A stretch of DNA of 64,000 nucleotides. It comes from a virus. The first letter of the stretch is position 1. Each line of letters opens with the position of its first letter. Below the pieces are notes generated by a model. The model did not search any database and was not told the DNA's origin. It saw only the letters and a list, made by a program, of their open reading frames with translations. The DNA is taken from positions 3,482 through 67,481 of IMG/VR virus record IMGVR_UViG_3300002494_000005. One strand, 5' to 3'. The translations under genes and the position numbers were made by a program. This document shows, one piece after another, positions 29,417 to 37,494 of the stretch.

Positions 29417-31981
29417 ATGGCTGAGCGTTTAATGTATCTTGATAGCTTTCATGACTTGACAGACGCTACTACCAACATGGAAGCCGGTAGCGTACTGATG
29501 CCGATGCCTCAGTTCCTTGGTCAAGGACAAATAAACGCTGGATTTTTGGCTAACACTGAAAACTATGGAAGCGGACTTTATATAACTAAAACTTCGTCGT
29601 ACACCGGCATCAATGACAGATGGTTTAACTTTTGGGTTAACGTACCGTTAGACAGCGGGTATAGCGTGCAAGTGCACCTAAGGAAGCCTAGTGATGGAGA
29701 AAACGACCCGCAGGTACACACTATAGTGGAGCCGGTCAAGCCCTTCATGTCGTTTGACGGCAGACAGCCTGGTACTCACCTTTTCTACCTTCTAGAGAGT
29801 GAGTGTGACATTGCAATTTCCCTTTTGACTTCGGACAACAGGACTGTACCGGATAGCGCCAACAGGATATTTAGAGCAGCAAACTGGCCTTCGGCTTTTT
29901 CTTGGACAAGTAAGCCGTTTCATCTTAGCAACTTTTTAACTGCTGTGACTAAATTGGAACTCAAACTTACCGACGGCAGCGTTCGTTCAGTGGCCCTTGA
30001 CTGGTACCGCATAGGATACACACTGGGGTTCTTTTCAAACTACACCCCACCAAGTCTGACCTTTGACTCGGTGTGGAAAGCTAAACTTTATCTCGCAAAG
30101 GAACAAAGTGGGCCTTACGTGGAGTTTACTCGTCTTCCACTACCCTCTGAGGTAGTGCAGGGTGAGTACCGTTGGGCTAAGCTAGTCATCTACGGTAACG
30201 CGCCTACTACAACCGCCCCCATTGTCGGCGTAGAAGAAGTGGTAATTGGTCTGACAGAAGAGTACGCTTCTTCCGCTCCGACATTAGAAAAGCGCGTGAC
30301 CAGGTCTAACCTGTACATTCCTAGGCTTCAAGTACTCGTCAACGGCGTAGACGTCACCAAATACGTCTCGTCTGTAAGTAACACGGAAATTACAATACTT
30401 GACAACTCGGACTGGGTGCGCAGCGTATTGCAGCAAGGCATGCCAATATCTGTAACGTTAGACGGTCAACTAATTGTTTCTGGTTTGCTTGGAGAAATGC
30501 GTAAAGAACAGTATCTAAACGGCAATATTATTAGCGCTCATATTTTGCGTCCTATTGATTTCCTAGGCCGTAGCGAAGATGTGGAGATTATAGTGCAGCC
30601 TGATGAGCATACCGGCCAGTTACCATTTTCTGATGACCTTGGCTACATCGCACACCTGGTTAACGCGGTAGTTGCTGGAGCTAGAGTGTTGGCCGATGAT
30701 AGGACTGGCTGGCGTCCACTTTCCATATGGAAGCAGAGACCAGACACTAGAGCCGGAGAACACCGATTTGTGCAGTTGGACACCGACTTTGACTGGCTGC
30801 AGTTGTACGCCGTTAATAACAGTTCGGTGCGTGAGAAGATAGAGCGTGTAGCTCAGGCTAATGGCTTCTTGGTCTCTTCTTTCGCTGGAAACGTGTACTT
30901 GACGCCAATTACGCCATACCCAAACGATAACTTGCTAGACTTGTACAACCGGGCTAGGATACTGCACATGACTAAAGACGGTAGGTTTTTCCCTGAGGTG
31001 CGGTTTGGTGTGCCTGAGCTTAGCTATAGCGATTCCGCTCCAAAAGAGATAACCCTGATTGGTCTTGCTGATGCCGTGCCTGACACACTACCGTCGGTTC
31101 CTGTAATATTTAAGCGGGCAGACGGTACATGGACAGACAAACTCGCCATCAATAGTAACTACTCAAGAACACGAGCAGACACGTTTGTGCGCATAGACGG
31201 CCAGTACCACCGCGCCGTGTTTAAGAGCATTGACAAAGTGAATATTGAGCATGTAGAAGGCGTAGACTTGTCACCGTTCTTTCATAATCAGCCATACTAC
31301 AAGCTCATATATGGCACCATATCCGGCTACTACGGGATTACTGCCATAGAGTTTTGGATGTCTGGTGGATTTTTAGAATATGATGAGTTCTACCTATCAG
31401 CCGAAGGTACGCTGCTTTATCGAGACAGCGGAACTAGGGACGACACAGCGTTGTGGAAAGCTACAGGACAGTACGCGCCTAAATGGGCGCAGCATAGTGA
31501 CGGCACTAATTTAGTCGGACATTTGCTAACTGTTGGAACTCGTTTAAACGGTCCTAAGGAGTCAATAGAAAACCCGTTTGTACCGAAATACGACACGCCT
31601 AACGGCGAACAAACTTACACGCTAGGCAATTACACGGTGTACAAGAATTATGGTGATAGGTTAACCGACATGTTGGCTACTCGCAAAGCGCTAGAGCGTG
31701 TAGTGGCTACAATGCCGGTAGTCGGGCCGGCAGGATTCAAGGTCAATGACGTGGTCGGTATTGCCCGTCTGCCAGAAGACGGGATAGGCGGCGTTGTGCG
31801 TGAAGTGGACTTGTACCTGGTACTTGAGGAGCCGGAGATACATGTATCTCCCGGTGGTCAAGCGCGGAGCGTTGTACGCATGGGTTACGTAGGCACTGTC
31901 CGTGACGGTCAGCCTGTGTATGACGACATGGCCGTCTCTTGGAGCAGCCTGCCACCAGGCACCGACACCTGGTACTTGTGA
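29417..31981 (+). CDS. Probable tail-tip hub protein
   Basis: Large structural-type protein; VNGVDVTKYV and VREKIERVAQANG hub-like segments. Confidence 0.5.
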   Translation: MAERLMYLDSFHDLTDATTNMEAGSVLMPMPQFLGQGQINAGFLANTENYGSGLYITKTSSYTGINDRWFNFWVNVPLDSGYSVQVHLRKPSDGENDPQVHTIVEPVKPFMSFDGRQPGTHLFYLLESECDIAISLLTSDNRTVPDSANRIFRAANWPSAFSWTSKPFHLSNFLTAVTKLELKLTDGSVRSVALDWYRIGYTLGFFSNYTPPSLTFDSVWKAKLYLAKEQSGPYVEFTRLPLPSEVVQGEYRWAKLVIYGNAPTTTAPIVGVEEVVIGLTEEYASSAPTLEKRVTRSNLYIPRLQVLVNGVDVTKYVSSVSNTEITILDNSDWVRSVLQQGMPISVTLDGQLIVSGLLGEMRKEQYLNGNIISAHILRPIDFLGRSEDVEIIVQPDEHTGQLPFSDDLGYIAHLVNAVVAGARVLADDRTGWRPLSIWKQRPDTRAGEHRFVQLDTDFDWLQLYAVNNSSVREKIERVAQANGFLVSSFAGNVYLTPITPYPNDNLLDLYNRARILHMTKDGRFFPEVRFGVPELSYSDSAPKEITLIGLADAVPDTLPSVPVIFKRADGTWTDKLAINSNYSRTRADTFVRIDGQYHRAVFKSIDKVNIEHVEGVDLSPFFHNQPYYKLIYGTISGYYGITAIEFWMSGGFLEYDEFYLSAEGTLLYRDSGTRDDTALWKATGQYAPKWAQHSDGTNLVGHLLTVGTRLNGPKESIENPFVPKYDTPNGEQTYTLGNYTVYKNYGDRLTDMLATRKALERVVATMPVVGPAGFKVNDVVGIARLPEDGIGGVVREVDLYLVLEEPEIHVSPGGQARSVVRMGYVGTVRDGQPVYDDMAVSWSSLPPGTDTWYL

Positions 31982-31989
31982 GGTGAACT

Positions 31990-32232
31990 ATGAAGGAAGT
32001 TCTTGACCGCAGGATTGACCACAAAGCTACCGTCTTGTCTGGCGTGGTAAAAACCGTGTTTCAGGACAACGGGTATACTTACTTGAAGGTGTTTGTTCCG
32101 ACACTAGGCGTGATTCTGCCATATGTACGCACCTCATTACCGCACAACACACCACTAACTGACGCAAACAGAACATATCCGGTTGGTACTAAGGTCACCA
32201 TCTTCAAACGCGCTGGACAGTGGTTTGTGTGA
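31990..32232 (+). CDS. Small OB-fold-like tail-tip protein
   Basis: GAGG RBS; GVVKTV...YPVGTKVTI pattern. Confidence 0.5.
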   Translation: MKEVLDRRIDHKATVLSGVVKTVFQDNGYTYLKVFVPTLGVILPYVRTSLPHNTPLTDANRTYPVGTKVTIFKRAGQWFV

Positions 32233-32238
32233 TATACT
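32228..32238 (+). promoter_or_regulatory. Extended -10 promoter for the endolysin cluster
   Basis: TGTGATATACT. Confidence 0.6.
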
Positions 32239-32268
32239 GAAAGTGTAACACGTGTTTTGGGAGGAACT

Positions 32269-32610
32269 GTGCTGCCGACTCCAGGCTTGAAGATAGCTCA
32301 AGACAGATACGTGTGGAAGCTTACCGGGGAGATTCGTTCTCCTGTCAAGGGCAAGGTAATAAGTGTAGACAAGACCGCTAACGGCTATGTTGTGACCTTG
32401 CGAGTATTTGACCGATATGTGTTTGCGTTTCGCGGTCTAGAAGACGTGAAGGTACGACCGTTTGAGGAGGTTAGGTCAGGTAGGCCATTAGGCGTCGGGA
32501 AGGAGGTGGAGTACTGCGTGTTTCTGCGTGGTAAGGGAGACCCGTTGTTCCTCAAGCCTAAGCCAGGAGTAGCGGTACCGCTTGATGCGTTGCATTCTGT
32601 GGAGGTGTAA
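32269..32610 (+). CDS. Degenerate M23 peptidase-like protein
   Basis: IRSPVKGKVISV and VKVRPFEEVRSGRPLG resemble the M23 fold; Zn ligands not evident. Confidence 0.45.
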   Translation: MLPTPGLKIAQDRYVWKLTGEIRSPVKGKVISVDKTANGYVVTLRVFDRYVFAFRGLEDVKVRPFEEVRSGRPLGVGKEVEYCVFLRGKGDPLFLKPKPGVAVPLDALHSVEV

Positions 32611-32612
32611 GG

Positions 32613-32801
32613 ATGCTGTGTTTGTTATGCGCAAACAATTTGGACTGTTTTATTAGAGAACAGGTAGAACTATACGCTAAGTCATTGAACACCGAAGTGG
32701 CGGTAGTTCAATGCGAAGCCTTTGAATCGGCAGTTTCTCAGATTGTAGAGGACATTCCCGATGAGGAGTTAGCTGAGCTTTTTGGGGAGGCCTTGAAGTG
32801 A
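32613..32801 (+). CDS. Small Cys-containing acidic protein
   Basis: RBS; CLLC..C..C; overlaps the endolysin start. Confidence 0.55.
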   Translation: MLCLLCANNLDCFIREQVELYAKSLNTEVAVVQCEAFESAVSQIVEDIPDEELAELFGEALK

Positions 32802-33337
32802 AGCACCCGTTCTTTGAAGAGTTGATTCCACACGCTCGGGAGATGCAGCGGAGGACTGGCATTCCCGCTTCCGTGGCATTAGCTCAAGCGGCCTTAGAGA
32901 GTGGTTTTGGCAAGTCTCTGCTTTCCAAACAGGCCAAGAACCTGTTTGGCATTAAGACCGGTAAAAGTTGGAAGGGCGAGATTATTACTTTGCCTACCAC
33001 CGAGTACTACCAAGGCAGGCCAGTACGCGTCGTAGCTAGATGGCGGAAGTACCACTCTTACCTAGACGCTTTTCTTGACCTTGCTCGTGTGTACTACAAC
33101 GGGCTTTACGAGGAAGCCTTGCCTTATCGGCAGAACCCACGAGAGTTTATCAAGCGGGCAGCTAAGACTTACGCTACCGACCCGAAGTACGCGGAGAAGG
33201 TAATCGCGCTCATCGACAAATATCGGCTAGACCAATACGACGTACCACCAAGTGAATGGGTATTGGACCATAGCATCGTACCAGAAACCTGGTATCGTGC
33301 TTGGGCTAAGGTGTATGGTGAGGAGGTGAAGGTGTAA
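32798..33337 (+). CDS. Endolysin, GH73 glucosaminidase (FlgJ-like)
   Basis: LAQAALESGFG, NLFGIK, YATDPKY. Confidence 0.9.
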   Translation: MKHPFFEELIPHAREMQRRTGIPASVALAQAALESGFGKSLLSKQAKNLFGIKTGKSWKGEIITLPTTEYYQGRPVRVVARWRKYHSYLDAFLDLARVYYNGLYEEALPYRQNPREFIKRAAKTYATDPKYAEKVIALIDKYRLDQYDVPPSEWVLDHSIVPETWYRAWAKVYGEEVKV

Positions 33338-33696
33338 TGGACACTCTAGCTCTGATTACCACGTTGGCAGGACTGGTTGTACCCATCGCGGAGTTTATTG
33401 GTGGGAAGCTGCTTAAGTTGGATGGTGCTAAGGCTAGGCTGCTAAGCTGGCTTATCGGCGTGCTTCTTGGCCTTGGCGCGGGTGCTATTGGCTTGGCACC
33501 TGACCTGATGCAGGGCGCGTTGATTGGGTTCCTTGCAGCCCTGGTAGCCAACGGAGTCTTCACCATGGACCAGGTGAAGCGACTCCTAGAGGCCCTCAAG
33601 CTGCGGGAGCCTGAGTCTGTAACAACGGCTCCACAGGGCACTGATGCCAAGCCTATTAACAGGCGGGTGGAAGACATCCTGCGTAACCGGCGATGA
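33337..33696 (+). CDS. Membrane protein (holin/antiholin-like)
   Basis: About three TM segments and a charged C-terminus, directly after the endolysin. Confidence 0.55.
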   Translation: MDTLALITTLAGLVVPIAEFIGGKLLKLDGAKARLLSWLIGVLLGLGAGAIGLAPDLMQGALIGFLAALVANGVFTMDQVKRLLEALKLREPESVTTAPQGTDAKPINRRVEDILRNRR

Positions 33697-33980
33697 AGCG
33701 TTTGCTAGTGGCCTTGATGGTAGCCCTGGGCCTAGGAATGGCTCAGGGCTACGCCCTTGTAGAAGCGGCTACCAACGGGGCGTACCGTCTATACTTGGCT
33801 TATGACTTCTCAGTCGCGGGTTTTGTACTAAGCCCTTACACAGAAGGACGGTACGGGCCTGATGGGTATGACTTAGAGGCTGGACTTGAGTTTTACGCCC
33901 AAGACTGGAGGCTTGGTATTGCTTGGAGCGCGCGATACGGTCTAATCGCTCGCTCAACCTGGATATTGCGCTGGAGGTAG
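33693..33980 (+). CDS. Secreted small beta-strand (outer-membrane-like) protein
   Basis: Signal peptide MKRLLVALMVALGLGMAQ, amphipathic aromatic strands, C-terminal ..WILRWR. Confidence 0.55.
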   Translation: MKRLLVALMVALGLGMAQGYALVEAATNGAYRLYLAYDFSVAGFVLSPYTEGRYGPDGYDLEAGLEFYAQDWRLGIAWSARYGLIARSTWILRWR

Positions 33981-33981
33981 T

Positions 33982-34179
33982 ATGGCCAAGAACTGGATTC
34001 AACGTGCCATTAAGAAGCCTGGCTCGTTGCGCGCTTATGTAAAGCGCAAGTATGGCAGCGCTGGGTTTACCAAGGATGGCACCATTAAGAGAGAGGTGCT
34101 AGACCGCTTAGCCAAGCGCAACGACACCATTGGCCGCAGGGCTAGACTGGCTAAGGCGTTGCGGAGAATGAGCAAGTGA
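33982..34179 (+). CDS. Small highly basic phage protein
   Basis: GGAGG RBS; KNWIQRAIKKPGSLR...GRRARLAKAL. Confidence 0.75.
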   Translation: MAKNWIQRAIKKPGSLRAYVKRKYGSAGFTKDGTIKREVLDRLAKRNDTIGRRARLAKALRRMSK

Positions 34180-34183
34180 TGAC

Positions 34184-34212
34184 AGGCCGGGGGCTTAAAC
34201 CCCCGGCCTTTT
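34184..34212. terminator. Terminator at the convergence of the late and replication arms
   Basis: AGGCCGGGGG-CTTAAA-CCCCCGGCCT-TTT between convergent genes. Confidence 0.8.
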
Positions 34213-34222
34213 CGTTTATCGG

Positions 34223-34672
34223 CTAGAGGGCACGCGTGAGGTTAATGTAGATGCCGAGCTCTATGTTGGTCAGGTACTCCGCTAAACTAGGTAAGAGTAC
34301 AGGCAGCTGGTCTTCGGTGGTTTTCAGCAAGTACGGAAACAGGCGATAAACGCCGGAAGGGTAGACAGCGGGTATGAGCACAAGGATGTAGTAGGTGTCT
34401 TCAGATGGATTCTGGCGCTTTACAAACGCCTTAGCTTCTTCGATGGCGAACTTGTAAGCCTGCTCCAGATAGTCCTCGGTCATTGGGTTGGCAAACCAAC
34501 GACTGGCAGCGCGAGGGTTTACAAGCTCGCATTCGCCCTTAATCACCAAGACAGGTATCTCTTCTGGAAACACATCTCGTTCACCCTTCCAGAGTGGCCG
34601 GTACTGGCTGACAATGAGATTAGGCTCTACTAGCTCAAAGGCTTCTCCGAGTTCAAGCGGCAACGTTTTCAT
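34223..34672 (-). CDS. Hypothetical protein
   Basis: GAGGAGG RBS within the end of pol; last gene of the operon. Confidence 0.7.
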   Translation of the reverse strand: MKTLPLELGEAFELVEPNLIVSQYRPLWKGERDVFPEEIPVLVIKGECELVNPRAASRWFANPMTEDYLEQAYKFAIEEAKAFVKRQNPSEDTYYILVLIPAVYPSGVYRLFPYLLKTTEDQLPVLLPSLAEYLTNIELGIYINLTRAL

Positions 34673-36911
34673 GTAGTTCCTCCTCAGGTATCGGCGATTC
34701 AGCTTTGGACATGGTGCGCTTGAGTTCTGGCTCGGCGTCTAGCTTAACCCCGTTTACCTCGCGTACCATGGCCTCCAGCATAATTTGCATCACGCGCTTA
34801 GCGTGCTTGATGTTAGCTTGGACGCCTATCTCATCGTGCACTTGGTAAGCCACCCACGCGTCTAACCCTTCTTCCCTGAGCCTGCGGTCAATCTCCACAA
34901 TGGCCTCTTTGACGACAAATGCCGACAGGCCCTGGATAAGGGCGTTCTGACAAGTGCGCAAAGCGGCGTGGTATTGGCGAGACACCTCTCGGTCGTTGGC
35001 GATGATGTGAGGCCACAACTCTTTCCTAGCCCGCCTAAGCTTTTCAGGCAGGTCTAGTCGCTTGATGTAGCCGTAGATGGGGTACTCCACGTACCCTTTC
35101 TCTTCCAGCTCCTTGTACACTTCCTCCATCCAGGTCTTGACCCTAGGATACGCCTCAAAGTAGCCGTCAATGAGCTGCTCGGCTTCGTCTTCAGTGAAAC
35201 CGAAGTTACGCACCAGAGTGTATCGCGTACCACCGTAGATGAGGGCGAAGTTAACTGTCTTGGCCTTCTGCCTGTAGTCCTTGTACTTCGCCTTAAACTC
35301 CTTGTCGTCCAAGTCTAAGCCTACCTTGAAGGCGTACCTGGCAGTGTAGGCGTGTAAGTCTCGTCCCTGGTTAAGCAAGTTGCGCATGGTTTCATCACCA
35401 CTGACAGCGGCGCACATCACAAGCTCCATGCTGGTGTAATCGGCGGTCACAAAGACGTAGCCGGGGTCAGCCTCAAAGGCCTTGCGAATGTCCACGCCTT
35501 GCAGGTATGGCTTTTCGGCCACCTCTTCAGGGAGGAGACGAGGTAGATTCTGTAGGTTGGGGTCAGAGCTAGACATACGCCCTGAGACGGTACCCACGGT
35601 GTTGAAAAACGTGTGAACGCGGCTATCGGGGTCTAGCTTTTCTATCAGAGAATCGGTGTAGGTGGACACCAACTTCTTGATGGCCTCGTACTCCAGTTTG
35701 GCCTGGATGAAGGCATAGGCGGTGTCCTTTAATTCTAAAGCCCGTCTTGGCGTGAGTTTACGCTGCAGAATGGTTTGCAGAGCAGAGCGGCTGGTAGAAG
35801 CCTCACCCGAGTCGGTGGCTTCTACCACCGGGAATCCAAGGTCTTCGAAGAGTATCTTACGAAGCTGAACGGCTGAGTTAAGCACTGTATCCAGGTTGTA
35901 CACGCCCATCAGTTTTTCGGGTGGTAGCAGTTCGGCGAGGTAGCCATAAGCTTTGTTCTTAGTCTCTTCTAGCCGGTTTAGCAGAAGTTCCTTGACTTGG
36001 CGCAGATGTTCTTGATTGACCAAAACACCACGATAAGTGGCCCTGGTCATTACGTCGTTGACGGGGAGTTCTATTTTCTGGTAAAGCTCATCGAGCTTGG
36101 GATGCATGTCCAGAAAGACCTGGACACGTTCCCACAGGGCGTAGGTGTTCATTACGTCGTCTAGAGCGTATTCAGCTGCAATGTTTACTGGAAAGTAGCG
36201 GAAATCGTTAGGAAATGTACCGGCGTATTCTACCAGTCCGCGAGCGCGGAGCATTCCGAACACGCTGGAGATTAGTTTGTAAAGCAGGCTATACGATACA
36301 GCGCCGCGGTGAATACTCTCCTTGAAGTAGGCGTACACCTGGTCAAGCCAGTCTTCCCTAAGCCGGTACACTCGCTTACGGTAACGCCTACCGGCCTTGT
36401 TCAAGACGTACTCAAAGTCCTCGGTGAACAGAGACAGCTGTGGTTCCACGAACGAGCTAGTCTGTTCGGTGATGCCCAACGCCGTCTTGGCCCACTCCTT
36501 CAAGCTAGAAGGATGGTTCTCGTCCATGAGGTGCAGGGCAATCATGGTGTCGTCACCGTAGGACTGCTCAAAGGGAATGCCTAGTGTCTGGGCCAACACT
36601 AGCCGGTCATAGCTAGCGTTGTGGTAGATTGGACGCACATGTTGCAGGAGCTCGGCGAGGAAGTCCTTAACGCCATCCAAGGACACGTTCTCCGGCTGGT
36701 ATTCCAATCCGCCAAAGTTTTCATGGCCGACAGGAATGTAATAGCCCTCGCTTGGCGAAGAAGCGAGGGCTAGACCGACAAGACGAAACTCGGGCTTGAA
36801 GATTTCTAATCCGGTAGTCTCGGTGTCTATGGCTACTCGATTAGTTCCTTTTAGCCGTTTCAGCAGGCTGGATAGTTCCGCTGGCTTCACCACCGTGTAC
36901 TTTCTGTCCAT
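34653..36911 (-). CDS. DNA polymerase family A with 3'-5' exonuclease
   Basis: IDTETTG, HNASYD, GRMSSSDPNLQN, DYTSMEL, KTVNFALIYG, QVHDEI. Confidence 0.95.
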   Translation of the reverse strand: MDRKYTVVKPAELSSLLKRLKGTNRVAIDTETTGLEIFKPEFRLVGLALASSPSEGYYIPVGHENFGGLEYQPENVSLDGVKDFLAELLQHVRPIYHNASYDRLVLAQTLGIPFEQSYGDDTMIALHLMDENHPSSLKEWAKTALGITEQTSSFVEPQLSLFTEDFEYVLNKAGRRYRKRVYRLREDWLDQVYAYFKESIHRGAVSYSLLYKLISSVFGMLRARGLVEYAGTFPNDFRYFPVNIAAEYALDDVMNTYALWERVQVFLDMHPKLDELYQKIELPVNDVMTRATYRGVLVNQEHLRQVKELLLNRLEETKNKAYGYLAELLPPEKLMGVYNLDTVLNSAVQLRKILFEDLGFPVVEATDSGEASTSRSALQTILQRKLTPRRALELKDTAYAFIQAKLEYEAIKKLVSTYTDSLIEKLDPDSRVHTFFNTVGTVSGRMSSSDPNLQNLPRLLPEEVAEKPYLQGVDIRKAFEADPGYVFVTADYTSMELVMCAAVSGDETMRNLLNQGRDLHAYTARYAFKVGLDLDDKEFKAKYKDYRQKAKTVNFALIYGGTRYTLVRNFGFTEDEAEQLIDGYFEAYPRVKTWMEEVYKELEEKGYVEYPIYGYIKRLDLPEKLRRARKELWPHIIANDREVSRQYHAALRTCQNALIQGLSAFVVKEAIVEIDRRLREEGLDAWVAYQVHDEIGVQANIKHAKRVMQIMLEAMVREVNGVKLDAEPELKRTMSKAESPIPEEELHENVAA

Positions 36912-37461
36912 AGTGTTCCTCCAAGTCATCTAGGCACCAGTACCAGACACCATTAATGCGCTTAAGGCGCATGCCGTCAAGCTTACCGGCGCGATAGTCG
37001 GCTAGCAAAGTTTCCCTAGGGACACCAAGTAGTTTCGCCGCCTCCTCGCTGGTGACGTAGCGCTCTGGCTTAGCGGAATTATTAGCGCTCCGCGCTAGTT
37101 CACCGAGCACACGTCCCATGAAAAGGTTAGAAACCGGCACAAAACCGGAAAGAACTAACCCCACCAACGCCTGGTGCAGAGGTAGCCCTTCCGGCAGGCG
37201 AAGCATGCTGGTCACCACGGCAAACCAGACTAGCAGAACACTAGACAGTGAAGCGGTGCGGGCTAGCTTGCTACCGGTAAGCACCGCCACGTAAGAGTAG
37301 TAAAGAGCAGACAAGTCTAGCCCCACCGCCACACCCAAGGCTACCCACACCGACTCTACAAAGGGAAACCCACTGCCAAACTTGCTGTAGGCTTCCCACA
37401 CGTGCATAAACGACGTGAGGAGAGTCAAGGTGTAGATGCCCAAGCCTAGTCTTACCAGCAT
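36841..37461 (-). CDS. Membrane protein with C-terminal excisionase-like HTH
   Basis: Four TM segments then YVTSEEAAKLLGVPRETL. Confidence 0.7.
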   Translation of the reverse strand: MLVRLGLGIYTLTLLTSFMHVWEAYSKFGSGFPFVESVWVALGVAVGLDLSALYYSYVAVLTGSKLARTASLSSVLLVWFAVVTSMLRLPEGLPLHQALVGLVLSGFVPVSNLFMGRVLGELARSANNSAKPERYVTSEEAAKLLGVPRETLLADYRAGKLDGMRLKRINGVWYWCLDDLEEHYGQKVHGGEASGTIQPAETAKRN

Positions 37462-37494
37462 TTTTACCTCCATTTGAGAACGCGCGGAGCGCGT

